Shown here in pieces: positions 11,527 through 24,779 of a DNA stretch of 64,000 bases (its first letter is position 1; every line of letters begins with the position of its first letter). Source of the stretch: Lophium mytilinum (Eukaryota). Position numbers and translations under genes: made by a program. A model generated the notes under the pieces. It ran no database searches. It saw only the letters and a program-made list of their open reading frames with translations, and was not told the origin of the DNA. The stretch is taken from NCBI GenBank assembly GCA_010093605.1, contig MU004189.1, positions 1,619,834 through 1,683,833 of the forward strand, read 5' to 3'.

Positions 11527-13793
11527 ATGAGTCTCGACACTGGCAGTGGCTCGTTCAGACTATGGACGAACTGTTCCGACCGCGCTTCAAGGGCACCACT
11601 CAGCCTTGCCGAAAGTCGAAGGTTTTTCGTTGATCCTGGAACTAACTGTTCCTCTCAAGTCACGCAGCATCTTGTTTCGCGTAGAGCGATAGCGTCTGCT
11701 GCTGAAGAGACATTCCTTGTGTTGGTATAAGCCTTTCTCTATTCATTTCGTACTTGCTGACTGTGCCTCAGAGTTGTTGAAATAGAGAACTATACTCGCA
11801 TAATATCCTCGACCCTGGAATCAGCACTGTCAGGGTTCCCATCGGACCTTCTTGAGAGCGTCGAGTATAATCACTCCACCGGGCAAAATGTTGCTGTCCT
11901 TCCAAGGAACCAAAGGTCTCATTCCGGTGAGCCAAGGCCCACAAACCCTTTCTAGCTATCTACAATCACTTTCTCTTATGGCACTAAAACCTCTGATGCA
12001 TCACAGTCGTCTCGGGCCTCAGCTTCTTCATCAACTATCCCATTCTTCCCATAATCGTGAAAGAAAAGAACGAGCCACCGTCCATCCAATTTATTCCAAT
12101 CGCTACGTGGATTTGCTCTGGTGCCGAAGCACTCTTACCTCATCTGCCCGTTCATACGCAAGGCATATCAGACACTATTTTCCTGATCTGTGCAAGCCCA
12201 AGTGTTGCAATGAGGTTAGGCGATCACTACAACGGCCCAGAACACCGAGATCGCCGTAGACGCCTAAAAGATGCACCGTTATGGATCTCGATGGATCTGC
12301 AGTTTGTCTTCTCCGACTGGTCAAGAGCATGGAACAAGGTGAGGGAAGACTTATCAGAGTGCCACAGCCAGATACACGGAGATGCCGGCGGCCCTCCCCT
12401 GCTTGATCTGACACGAAAACTCCATAAGGACGCATCAAGAGTTATAGCTCTACGAGAACAGCTCCGTGTTCACTCGGGTGCTGTCGCTCGACTTGTGAGC
12501 CTTGTGAACAAGCAATGTGCACAAGCGCCCAGTGTGCAAATCTCCGCCCTTAAAAACCGGGTTATAGAATGCCAGGACGTGTTGACCTACCAAGAAGAGA
12601 CATCTCAAGTCATTTTGAGGCAACTGGAGAATCTTCTCAGTCTTGTGAGCTGTTTGCGCCTCTCAGAGGATGGACCTTGCTAACAGTTTACGCTTAGTCG
12701 TTCAATATGGAGACGATGTTGCAAGGCCAAACCATGGCACGCTTGAACGTTCTAGCGTTCGCGTTTCTCCCAATGTCTTTCGTTGCAGTAGGCACAAACA
12801 CTCAGACACTCAAACGCTCAATATGCTGATCGTGCCATATAGAGCCTTTTTGGGATGACGAAGTTCAACATATCCGCCGCATGGTATCCTTTATGGACGT
12901 TTATCATTCTTGTCATCGTTGTAGCGACCACCCTCTTCATCCCTGCTCATAAGGTGTACCGCCTTCTCACGTCCAACAATTCACAGGCACAAAAGAACTC
13001 TCCCAAAAAACCGCAGAACCGAAACAAGTTATTCACTCGCAATCACGAATATATGCCCGGAGTCTCTGCAGAAGCTTACACTCGTAGAGAAGGCGGGGGG
13101 ATTTGGCCCTTTCGCAATCACCAACTTACGCCCGGAGTTAAGAAAAATGCTTACACTCATAGAGAAGGCGGAGAAATTGGCCCTAAGCCAACGTCTTATA
13201 ACGCTTATGGTCGAGTAGAGGGCGGGGGCATATATCCAACACCAGCACCGCTTCCCCTGGATGCTCCGTTCGACTCCACCGAGGCTCACATGAGACATGG
13301 GACCGTATACTCACAGCCAGCACAGCGCTACGCGAACCACTACGACGAAAGTAGGAGTCACTTTGGCGTCGTTCCACAGGGTGCAGCAGTACTACCACCG
13401 CCTCCTCCATTACTACCACCATCACGGTCACCCCCACAACCTCAGATGCTATCGCCCATCCCGGAAGTGGACGCGCAAATATCAGCTCCCGAGCGGCAAG
13501 CCCTACTTCTGCACGAGGAGCGAATGGTCCCGGAATCCTACCCTAGATTCTGGAACCAGTCGCCTGAAGCTCAGCAAAGACCTCCACGTCAGAGTACTGC
13601 GGTACAACTGCCGCTGCCTCCGCTGAACGAGCGTCCGCCCAAGAGTGTGAGAGTTTTCAATGACGAAAACGCTTTCGAACTCGCCGCCATGCCGTCAGCA
13701 GGTGCGAATGAAAAAGAGGCTGGCGATGGGAGGTCTTTGCTACACTCCCGGAGTGCCACACCTGCTTCGATGCTTAGAACAGCAACCGGGTAG
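11527..13793 (+). CDS. Fungal CorA-like Mg2+ transporter-domain protein with Pro-rich C-terminal tail, multi-exon (start approximate)
   Basis: Helical region then spliced segment FNMETMLQGQTMARLNVLAFAFLPMSFVA-(intron)-LFGMT and a second TM helix, typical of the CorA C-terminal TM pair. Exons are joined by canonical introns. Confidence 0.65.
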
Positions 13794-14048
13794 TTTGCTT
13801 GAGGAGTATTAGCCTACGATATCGGAGTGTTCACGACTAGGGAAGCATGCATCCATTTCAGGGTTCATGATATATACTATATCGCTCTCTCCTAAACTCT
13901 CAGGGTGCCGCCGGGCCCGCCCAAACCCCCCAAAGTCATGAAAAGGCCACCGAATAGGTATCGCTCCACAGCCAGCTCTATCCCAAAATTCTCACCCAAG
14001 AACCCTCGTAATTTAGAATCCCCTTCCCACGTCAAGCTCAGCTTCGAC

Positions 14049-15791
14049 TCACTGCTTCACTTTCATCTTCTTCGCCGCAGCTAGCATAGCTTCCGGGTCC
14101 CTGATCCCCGCCGTCTGCCCCTCCTTGCAGCGCTTCAGCGTCAGTGCTGAGATGAGCGCTGCGCCGACACCGCTTCCGTCCTCGGCAGGCAGGATCTCGA
14201 TGGGGTCTTTGCGGCTGGTCCAGTCGAGGATCTCGCGCAACGCCTGGGCGCCGCGGGCCTTGAAGTGGGGGTACTTGTTGAAGACCGACCCGTCGGCGCC
14301 GACGTGGCAGGAGGTGATGCTCTTCTTCTTGCAGATTGCAGCGACACCGCAAGCGGAGAGGCGGGCGGCGCGAGTGCCGATGAGACAGGTGAGGTGGTGG
14401 ATGAGCTCGAGTTCGGGTTTGGTGGTTGTGATGCCGAGCTTGTTTTGGAAGAGGTCTTGGGTCTCGGACAAGTTCTCGAAGGGGTCCCTGGTGCATGTTA
14501 GATGGGAGGAGTAGGGGAATGAGGCGGGAGCTTACTCTTCGATGGAGGAGAGGAAGGAGGCGTCTAGGCTGTAGGCCTTCTTGAGCTTGCCGAGATCTTG
14601 ACCTTCGAATATCTTCACGTCTGGATTACCGTGCAGGTCAACAAGGACGAGACGGAAGATTTCGCCGAGGTAAAGTCCGGCGATCATCTTCTCGAAGGCT
14701 TGCTGGCCTGGCCGAGGGGACTCCTTGTCGATTATGATATCATAGGGCGTGCGCGGCAGGACTTTGTGCTCATTGTCGAATGCACCCCACTCGCAATTGA
14801 TGGCCATAGGAAGCTTTGGGTCAAGGTTCAGGTGAGCGAGCTTCGGGATCGAACCACAGTCCTCCATATACGCGGCGTTGCATCCAGTGCCAAAAATGCA
14901 TCCGATTTTCATATCAGTGTCCGTGTATGCAGAGGCAATGAGTGTTCCGGTGGTATCATTGACGAGAGCGGTGAGCTTGATAGGAACACCCTAGAAAACA
15001 TTAGCGCTGGCCAGCCTAGATCATGGATTCGCGATCCTTACCCGCTCTTTTAGCGCAGCTTCGAACGGAGGAACGACGTCCTTGCCTTCTACGCCCTCGA
15101 TATCGAACCCCTTTGTCCACCGCTGCAGAACACCGTGGTCAATGTAGTCTTGCGTAGCTGGATATGAGAATGTGAAGCCCAGTGGAAGCTCATCCAACTC
15201 TTCGCCCTCGTGATGGTACTCAATGAACTGCTGAAGACAGTCGGCCACGTACTCCCATAGCTCCTCTGCATTGCCTGTCTTCAACTCCTCGGGCATCCGA
15301 TATTTTGACTGGATGATATCAAATTCGCCTTTTTCTTCCGGAAGGTTGATCTCGCAAACTCGGAGATTGGTGCCGCCCATGTCGAGGGCAAGGAAGGTGC
15401 CGGTTTCATATCCATCGGGGAATCCCATGCACCAGGTAGGGTTCATAGGCTTAGAGTTGTCAGCAGAATCCAAAGCAGCATGGTTTCATGGTCTTACGAT
15501 GGAGCCACCCTCGACAGTGAGACCTGCAAATGCGTCAGAATAGCGCAGAGCTGAAGTACTACCATGATGAAGTACCTTTGGCCAATTCCTTCACGAAGTG
15601 GTCGGTGATCTCCTTGAGCTTTTCCTGGGGGACAGTGAAGAGCTCCTCAAGGCGCTTGATCTGGTCGAGCAGGTCCTTTGGCACATCGGCCATTGAACCT
15701 ATTGGCAAGTGTCAAACCCACGGTTCCCAATTGTGATAGAGTGTGGCATACCCTTTCGAGAAGGAGGCTTTCTGGGACCGAGGCCGACCAT
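14049..15791 (-). CDS. HXK1: Hexokinase, multi-exon
   Basis: MVGLGPRKPPSRKG start; LALDMGGTNLRV, LPLGFTFSYPA, LQRWTKGF, IFGTGCNAAY, INCEWGAFD, AEDGSGVGAAL. Confidence 0.97.
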
Positions 15792-17178
15792 GTTGGCGAC
15801 TGTCGGTGGTCTTATCAGGGAGGTTTTCGGATGTAGGAGGAAGGTTGCGACGAAAGTGAGGCCGTCGTGGGGAGGTCGAGACAAGTGTCTAACTCAGGTT
15901 GATATAGAGTAGGTAGTTCAGACTGGGCGCAGGTCGACACTTTGCGTGAGTTGTTAGTGAATGATATGCTATGATAGGGGTTCTTTATAAGAAGGTAAAA
16001 ATCCAAGAGGTGAGGCTTTAAATCGCTCTGGTCTGGGCAACGGCTGATGGGTCAGGTGGATGGCGGTATTTTTCGAAGCAGTTGCTTGCTTTTTGAATCC
16101 CCAAACGCTCCTGCGTATATAGGCAGCTCAACCAGGACCATACTGCCACGCTTACGAAGCCCTCGTAGTCATGCTGAACAACCGGACGGGAAAGCCCCAC
16201 CATGGCTGTTGAAAAGCACTGCGGGGGATTGTGCGGGGAAACTGAAGACAAAGCAGAGACTCTACCAGGATAATGCACCAAGGAATATGAGGAAGACAAG
16301 AACTCACCAATTGCTACTGGAATGGAAAGGGCGAGGGCCAGCAAAAGTGTTGTTTGAGGATTCTGGTTGACCGCTCCGGCCTCCAGCGAAGGTCCCGCTA
16401 CCCGCGTCATACCTTTGTTATCCTAGCTTGGCGACCGGTGCGAATCGGAACAACATGCCCACAAGGAATCAGGCCGGCAGCCAGCCTTGCTCTTCAACTT
16501 CGTCCTCACCACTGTTCATCTCCTCATCGTCAAGTGAGGCCTTCCTTCGCAGGCGTTCGTCCCACGGCTCGCCGATCTGCTGACCCATGCCGGTGCTGCA
16601 AGGCACAGCCGGATGATGCGTGGGGAGGCCGCCCGAGATGCTGCCACCTGCACGAGGCGATGTACCTCTCTACGCAAACCGGATGAGGCTGGGCATGAGA
16701 CACCAGCCTGAGGAACTGTGCTACCTAGAAGGCGTTCGAGGCAATGCACATATCAGGAGGCCTCTGATAGGGTAGGTCACAGCAGTCAATAAGTCAAGAA
16801 GTGCACGCGTCTCCCTCTACGCCAGCTGCCACCCTTTGAGTCCCACGCATAAGTCCTGCTTTTCCCAGTACTTGTCACTTTTATGTACATCCTATATCTG
16901 AATGCTCTTATGTGATAATGCACCGCGTCTGTTTTGATTGGTCTTTATCCATTGTCCGACCCAAGCCGGGTCACGTGCTTATCATTCACCCCCGAACTTG
17001 TTTACGCAATCTCCTAGCATGTCCTAGCACTCCTCACCGTCTACATCCGACATCTGAAGAGTCGACTTCAGCAGTAGGCTTTTCCAATACTCAAGCTCTA
17101 TGTCGCCTTGTCAGCTCTACTCCATTTCCTCGTTGACGCCCCATCCGCTGCCGACACTCTACTCGGTGTCTACACGCC

Positions 17179-17955
17179 ATGAGCGATAACATGCCCAAAC
17201 AACCCACTTACTTCCAGGCTGCACGCCGGCTCCGAAACGTGGAGCGTATTCCGTCGCTCCTGGGTCTGCTCTACCCGCCTCCAATCGCCAGCCCCTGGCC
17301 GTACAATCAACACGAGTTCCGCGTAGGCGCAAATAACCGTATTCGAGCAGCCCGCAGCGGCTATGATCCAAACTCATCAGGTGATCTGATCCGTCGAATG
17401 CTGGACAGGAAGGACCTACTACGTTTACGAGAGGTTGCCAGATCACTGGATGATTGGGTCATCGGAATAACCTTCCAGGACTGGGTCAAACTCATGTGCG
17501 AAACTCTCTACGCGAACACTGCCCTCAACGCGAGCAACCAGGCAAAATTCAATTCGAGCTCGATCAAGGCCTTGGAAGTTCTCGGGCGCCACTTCAGCCA
17601 CTTCGTGATCCGTCTGCGGACCGACCTGGTCCAAACCCTTGAAGCGGCGGCCTGGACGGACATTTTGAAGTACGTGCGAGGTGCTGGCAGAATCACTATC
17701 TCCGTGAACTCACGTGAGAGCTTGGGAGATGCCACAGCGGTTTGGAACATGCTCACAACGATCCGTGCCGTTCTCCAAGCCTCCAATATTAACCCCTTGG
17801 TTGCGGAGGTCGGGTACTTGTCGGATGCTGAGGAACCTGCAGCCCACGCCGTCCCCGCAGAGATTCAGGATGAGGATAACCTGGAGAGAGGTCTGAACAT
17901 CAGCGCTCAAGAGCGTCTAGAATGGAACAACGAACTGCAATTCCCAATGGACTAG
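17179..17955 (+). CDS. Hypothetical protein (258 aa, single exon)
   Basis: ATG-initiated ORF (gccATG) with globular-looking composition, filling the gap between HXK1 and the next gene. No recognised motif. Confidence 0.55.
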   Translation: MSDNMPKQPTYFQAARRLRNVERIPSLLGLLYPPPIASPWPYNQHEFRVGANNRIRAARSGYDPNSSGDLIRRMLDRKDLLRLREVARSLDDWVIGITFQDWVKLMCETLYANTALNASNQAKFNSSSIKALEVLGRHFSHFVIRLRTDLVQTLEAAAWTDILKYVRGAGRITISVNSRESLGDATAVWNMLTTIRAVLQASNINPLVAEVGYLSDAEEPAAHAVPAEIQDEDNLERGLNISAQERLEWNNELQFPMD

Positions 17956-18439
17956 GTACTGCGTTGAGGGGACATGACAACTTCTCACTGCCTCTGTTCC
18001 CTTCATAACAATTAGCATCAAAAGATACCCACTTTCCACAGTCATAGAGGCATCAGAGGAACTCACACTCAAGATCTTGTATTTGTAGACTGGTGTTGGC
18101 GTTAAGCAGCTTGATTTAATGGCGTGCCTCGTTGTAACATCATCACTATCAAAAGTATAAAATAAAGGCTCTGAATCAATGATACAGGAAATAAGACAAA
18201 TCAATCCATACCAAATAGTCAAGCATTCCAACTCAATTGTGATATCAACTGCATATTGTCTTTCTACTCTACGGAATCTAAATAGGTCGAGGACTTCTAG
18301 ATACGAAAAATAGTAGTACAAGTAGTGCGATATGAGTGCAATAGGCTTACTTTTGCTCCAAAACCGCGATCTAGAGCATTTACTTCTACTTTTGAGCTTC
18401 ACGTTCCACCCATAGAGGCCCCCTAACCTAACAAACCCT

Positions 18440-19873
18440 TCAATCCAACTCCACCTCAATCTTGACCCCCGCCTTCCGCAAGCGCTCCACAAACGGCATC
18501 CCCAACGTTGACGGCGTCAATAAACCTCCCTTTCCAACCCTACTCCGCCCATCCCCCTCTTCTTCTTTGCTTCTCTCAATCAACACCCCCCCAGCCTCAA
18601 CCGCCAAAATAGCACTTACCTCCACCAACGCGCCCTCATAAACAAAACACGCTCTCGCCACACCCCCATTCTTACCCTCCGCCGTCCCCACCACCCTGTA
18701 CTCCGCCCGCTCCTTCGTCCGAATAACCTCCCTTTCCGGCCCCGCCCCAGGCTCAAACGACAGCTTCCTCAACCACATCCTTACAAACGGTATCGCAAAC
18801 ACCAAAATCCCAAACTTCGTAAGCAGATGCACAAACACCGCCGCAAACACGTTTGGAACAGGCATATACTCGTGAAACCTAAACTCCGGGCCGTAAACCT
18901 CCGGCCGCAGCCCCGCACTACGATGGACGACCGACTCATTCGACACCGCCACGAAAGACGTCGTCAGCGCGCCCAAGCCAGGGACGAAGCGGTAGCCGAA
19001 GAGGCGGCGGAGGAGCGGCGTCGTGTCGGCTGCGGGCTTGGGGGAGGGGGACATGGCCCACGGCGAGCCGAAGAGGAACCAGGCGACGCCGTAGGTTTCC
19101 ATGACGCTGAGCACGGTGGTGAAGGAGCCGCCGGACATGCCGGCGAACTCGAGCTGGCCGGAGCTGATGACTTCGGCGGTGCCGGTGGAGAAGGCGGTGC
19201 GGATGGCGGTCGCGATGAGGTAGGCGGTTAGGTCTGAGGGGGAGCTGGAGTTGGAGATGGCGGGGATTATCTGGGGGGTTGGGTTAGATTTGGGTGGGCT
19301 TGGGCTTGGGATAGGGGAGTTGGGGGGACGTACGACGGCGCCGGACTTCTGTGCGGTGGTATGGTATTTGTCGACCATTTCTTTGATCCAGGGCGTCTCT
19401 GTGGAGCTGGATTATGTGAGTGTGCTGCTCGGGTAAAGTGGAAGATTTGAGTGCTTACAAGTCTACGTAGTGCGTTCCGTTCTCCGCGCAGGCCTCGACG
19501 ACTGGAGTTGAGTATCGATGATAGGGCCCGACGCCGTTGATTAGAACTCTGGTTCTTTGAGTGAGACCCACTAGGGCCTTCTTCTCGAGCCGGACGACTT
19601 CAATAGCTGTATACTTTTCTCAGCATTGTTTTGAGATAGAAGCAAATTTTAAAGTCATGGGCAAGGATTCGTACCTGGTGAAACTCGATCAGGGTGCATC
19701 TCTTTCAGCTTCTGAGCTAGTTTGATAAGTGCAGCTTCGGAACGGCCAGCAATCGCCCATGGTGTGTTTATGGGATAGGTCTTCGTGATCTCTTCAGCGC
19801 AGATAGAAGCTGTGTAGCCGGTCGCACCAAGGAGAACAAGGTCGTATTCGCGATGTTGGATTGCTGAGACCAT
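18440..19873 (-). CDS. Saccharopine dehydrogenase-like oxidoreductase (SCCPDH family), multi-exon
   Basis: REYDLVLLGATGYTA Rossmann start, WAIAGRS, spliced INGVGPYHRYSTPVVEACAENGTHYVD, and C-terminal GGLLTPSTLG. Confidence 0.88.
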
Positions 19874-20476
19874 ACTGAATAAAAAGAACCGGAGATCACA
19901 AGACTGCAATCTAGTACAAGGGCCTCAATGCCTTACTTGAAATATAGGGAATGACTTTGACGTCGTTTCAGAGGCGTTTAGTCTAGGATAGTGATTCAAA
20001 CGAGAAAAAGCAGGTGATGAGAGAATTCAGATATTTAGAGAAGCCATTCTCCTACTTATACGCATACTCATCTTTCTTGCTCGATGTCTCCGATTGAGTG
20101 TTTGGTATGCAGATTTAAATCGAAACTTCGATATTCTACTCGGAGTACCGGAACCCCAACAAGTTCAAGGAGAAGGTCCGATAGAGGGCGATTGAAACGG
20201 ATACACAGTCTTTGTTTTGCTGGCAGGTGCTACATTTGGCGCAACAGGAATCTTGAAGCCCTTCGACGTACACATTTCTTATGAGTCACCAGTCGTGGAT
20301 TGTAGTAAGCGTCTACATTGCAAGGAGGTGTGGGAGTACGAGTACAGGGGGTAATGGCTTAGCGTGAAACGTGATCACGCGTCTTAGCGCATCCACGCTT
20401 GGACATCCTCCCTCTGTCCTTGCGTTCTCATCTCAGCCCTTCGAATCCACCATTACAAGCTTATCACACAACAAAG

Positions 20477-21746
20477 ATGGCCAGAACAAAAGGAAAAGCT
20501 CGAAGGCAGGCGGCCCGCCAACGGGCACTAGATAGCAAGAAGAAGCCTCAGCCTCCAAAGTTGATTGAGCCAGGAAACCCACATCCCGTGCTCGAACCCT
20601 ACACACTTCCATATCGGGGTAAACTCTCCACGCCCAGTCCGGATCTCGTTGCCATTCGAATGACAGAAGCAGAGAGTCGTATGGCCGAGGCAGCGGCGCG
20701 TCGGGCAGCTCGTCGGGCAACTAGGGAGAAAGCAAGGGTTGCAAGAATAGCAGCCGACCCTGATTCATACCACACAAGGATATTGCGAGAAGAACAGCAA
20801 CGTCAAGAAGCCGAATTGAGACGTCGACAACCCCCCCAACGAGTGTTCTACCAGCACTACCATGGTCCGAACGTTCCAATTGGCCAAATCGTACACTTCA
20901 ACTCAATTGAAGATTTCGACAGTTCACGTCTAGTCAGGAATATTCGCAGTGTACGCTTCGGTGGCAAGTTTAGGATCCAAGAGTATGTACATAGCCCTAT
21001 GGTGATTTAGACTACAGAGCCTTCTGGTTCCTTTGCTGATCTTCACGTTACAGCTCCCATATCGAGGCACTCATAGCTGCTGGCCCCGAATTCTGCCAGC
21101 AATTGACCGAGTTTCAGTCGAAAAGCCCAGACAATGGCTACGGCAGTACTCTTACAGACAACGCTCTTTGTAAGCTTGCAGAAGCGTGTCCGCGCCTCGC
21201 TCGTGTCGAGTTCAAGCCCTCCGTCAGCCTTTCAGATGTTGCACTACTAGCTTTCCTCAACCACTGTCCGAACATCTATCTTGGACATAACTGGGAGCGA
21301 CTAGGGAATTGGGCAGGTCATATGGAGAGCATTGAGGGACCTGTGCAAGAACCTGTCAATGGCGAGTAAGCTCGAAAGACTTGATCAACTCGACCAAAGA
21401 GTGTCCAAAGGAGTTACAAGGCTGTCACAAACCAGGAAATGGCTTGCCATTGTGGTAGGCGACATGGTAGGGGATGGAATTGCAGCTCAACACATGTCAA
21501 GTATTATGGGTGGCGATGCTTAGAGACATGGTTCGGCGATTAGTAGGATGCGAATGGGATATGAACGATGATGATACTCGTACCACCTACAATGATTGGG
21601 ACCCCTGCGTTACTTCGTCCGACAACAGTATAATGACTGATCCCAAGGATGATGAAGAGGAAATTATTACGGAGTCCGAGGAAGAGCAATTGTCTGTTAA
21701 CGATGTCGCAGAGGAAAACGAAGACCACCCGTCTGAAGAGGACTAG
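20477..21746 (+). pseudogene. Probable disrupted LRR/RNI-like gene
   Basis: Exon 1 (MARTKGKARR...) splices to LTDNALCKLAEACPRLARVEF..LSDVALLAFLNHCPNI. The LRR-like sense continues only after a frame change near 21280 (LDITGSD) that hits TAG at 21302-21304, with further frame breaks near 21520. Confidence 0.55.
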
Positions 21747-21935
21747 ATTCACCACTTACAATCCACTCATCCAGTACAATCAAAACAGAATGATTTCCTC
21801 TATATTCGGCATGTGCTGGTGGCTTTGGCTGAGCCGAGTTATCTCCGAAGGCAACACACTTCCCCTCTTTGAAATCAGGCTCCAATGTAAATTCTTCTCT
21901 TTCTCATCAACCCTTCTAGACTGTTTCCGAGAGCC

Positions 21936-23857
21936 ATGGCTAAACAATCGATTCTGTTGACAGTTGGGAATGACGTTGCTCTTTGCATATTTGAGCAAGT
22001 AGGTCTCATCGAGCAAAAGACAAATCTGTGGGCGAGATCTGACTCGATGTAGCTCTACAACCATTATCCATCGTCATTAGGACAGCTTCGTCTTGTATCA
22101 CGCCAATGCCGAGATCTGGCAGACTCGTTCTTCTTTCGAAGGATCAGACTCTACGATCAGGACCTCCCTCCAAATCTCAACGCTGTAAACGGACATATCA
22201 TTCGGCGTTTACTCGACCCTAAAGACGTTCTATCGCGATACGTTTGGCATTTCAGTATTGACAGATTCTTCCCTGGAACAGAGCTATCAACACTGGATTC
22301 TACAGCAATATTTGAGCAGATTATCTTGAATCTGAACGGTCCTCACACATTCTAGTAGGTACCACAACGTTCATGATGTAGCCATTCATCGACTAATGTC
22401 TCTAGTTTGCACGCTGCATATGGGATGTCGGAGAGTACCGCGATTCTGATTCAAAAGAAATGGCCACAGTGCCGTCTGTATATTACGAACGACATCTATG
22501 GGACTGAACGCGACCCACTGGACATGTTCGCGGCGGTAGAACACCACTTGTCAGCCCAGATGCACTACCTAGATTATACCGCCTCGCGTGCGTGGTCTTC
22601 GAGTGCTGCCGATCCGGTTTCCGAGCATAGGAAAATGTACACTCAAGGTTTCGCGTACCTTGCTAAGTTTCTCAAACGTCTGAAGAACCTGAAAGTGCTG
22701 AAGGTGTCCGAGTCGGGGTTTGTTCTAAACTCGTCTGACGCTCGCGGTAGTATGAACTTGCATCTTCAACCAGGAGAGAGGCTACCACCGCTAGAGGAGC
22801 TTGTCTTTGGTCGAGGAATGCTCGATTTCAATCGAGAGCATTGCGTTCAGCTCAGAGAATCTATCGACAAGACGACGCTGCGGCGGCTTGATTTGGGCAG
22901 ACGATGCCCACATCACTTCTTGAAAGAACTGAAAGGGTGCTTTCCAGATTTGAAATCGCTCCGATTTGCCATCGACATCTACGATGCGGATACTGCATAT
23001 CGGTAAGCACGATTCCATAAATCAGCGACTGATCTCTCCTGTCGTTCATTTTGCATCTTTACTGACACAATGCACTCAGGCCTAGTGGCGCCGTCCCCGA
23101 CTATTGGAAGAATGCGCAGTGTGGAAGCGTTCGCATCATTCAAGATTTTATTGGGTCAATAAATGGGCTTGAAGAGCTGACTTTGACAGAAGATCATCAA
23201 GGGACGTTCCATACGTTCTTGCTTCCAGCCATACTGAAACAGCATGGCCATACTCTATTCACGCTAGAGATCGAAAACAAAACTAACGACCCACAAGTCG
23301 TCTGGGCCAAGGACGAGCTCGCCACTTTACTAAGACACCGCCCCTACTTACAGCGTTTCTCGGGGCATGTGCGTGTCACTCATGAAAGGGATGCTCCAGA
23401 AAGCCTTGGCAATCATGTCAGTTTCCGACGTCCCCTTCAAGCATACAAGTTTCGCTGACTCGTGCAACGGTAGTTCCCCGATGTGCTCGGTGTTCTTGTC
23501 CAATTCAGAAATCTTCGCAACCTGAAACTTACCATCACGCCGCAATCTGTGGCGGACGCCACCGTTCTAGCAAAGACGACATTTCGGTCATTTTTCCTGG
23601 AGGACTCTTTCAGTCGTCTTGAAGATGTGGTGGTCGTGTGCTGGTTCAACCGCGAATGGGGTCACGTCGAGAGCGAAACAGTGGAAGTGAAGATAACGAG
23701 GCTTTGGGCAGACGACACTACTAGATTCCCAGGAGACTACTATGCTTGCTCCGAAAGATACCCAAACGAAGCACGTACTAGGGCACTCAAGGAGCTTGCG
23801 AGCTTGTGTTGTAATTCAAGACACGCAGGTGAGCACGGGGATCACAGCCAACGCTAG
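21936..23857 (+). CDS. F-box / LRR-like protein, multi-exon
   Basis: Exon 1 MAKQSILLTVGNDVALCIFEQ splices (~21999-22051) to LYNHYPSSLGQLRLVSRQCRDLADSFFFRRIRL (F-box-like). Later LRR-like LKNLKVLKV, LEELVF, LRRLDL, LKSLRF, LRNLKL. Confidence 0.7.
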
Positions 23858-24251
23858 AGAGGTCATGTAAGTGTACAGTACCGGGACATAAGTCTCGCCA
23901 TACGGTTCGATTACTACTCTTCAATCTTGCTCACTTGACTCCACTGAGAGGAGTAGTCCGGCTGTTCAGCAGTAGCCAGCAAATCAAGGAGCAATTTCAT
24001 CTGCGCTGCTTGAGACTTGCCATCGCGCCTAGACTTTCGAAACTCATGTGGTATCCCAAGCACTGGCAAAGGCGTATGCACAGACTTATGGCCGGTCTCT
24101 GCAGGTGAGTTTCATGTTGTAAGTCAGACGCCAAAAACTGCCGAAAGCAGATTGCATTATCCAAATATGATTACGAGCAGATACGTGAAGTTCTAAGAAC
24201 AGAATCTACGAGTATCTTCAAACACCCCTATAAACCCAATTTGAACACATT

Positions 24252-24779
24252 TTAATCACTGCTGGCTTTCCTTACGCCTCTCTTGTCCACACAAGTAGCC
24301 TCGATATTGTTTCCGTCGGGATCAATAATGAACGCCGCATAATAGGGCTGGCGGCTCATCTCAGGACGGATGCCCGGCGCACCTTGGTCTTTGCCTCCTT
24401 CTCTCCTAAGAGTGAAACATGATCGTTAGCGTAATGTCCAAAAGGAGACACGAGGCAGATCCAGCTTACAGTCCAGCAGCATGAAATGCATTCACAGCCT
24501 CGTTGTCTAATTTTGGTCAGCATGGCTCTCCGGGTTCGCGATCTTTGTGCTCCTCCTACTTGGTGCGTCGAATGCAATGTGGGTTGGAGTTGGAGTCTGC
24601 CCTTCCGGCAAGGCTTTCAGCCACAGATACGGATAGTCGCTTCCAAAGCCAATGATGGTCTCGTTGAATGCAACGATCATCTCTGTGTATCCCACTGGCT
24701 GGAGCACATTTCGGTAGAAGGTGCGCAAAGCCGGCAGACGGCCGGGAGTGACGAGCAGGAAGAGATGGTTGATGGTCAT
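24252..24779 (-). CDS. Glyoxalase/bleomycin-resistance (VOC) family protein, multi-exon
   Basis: MTINHLFL..FYRNVLQPVGY..IGFG..PTHIAFDAP, then spliced GGKDQGAPGIRP..YYAAFIIDPDGNNIEATC; stop TAA at 24252-24254. Confidence 0.9.
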
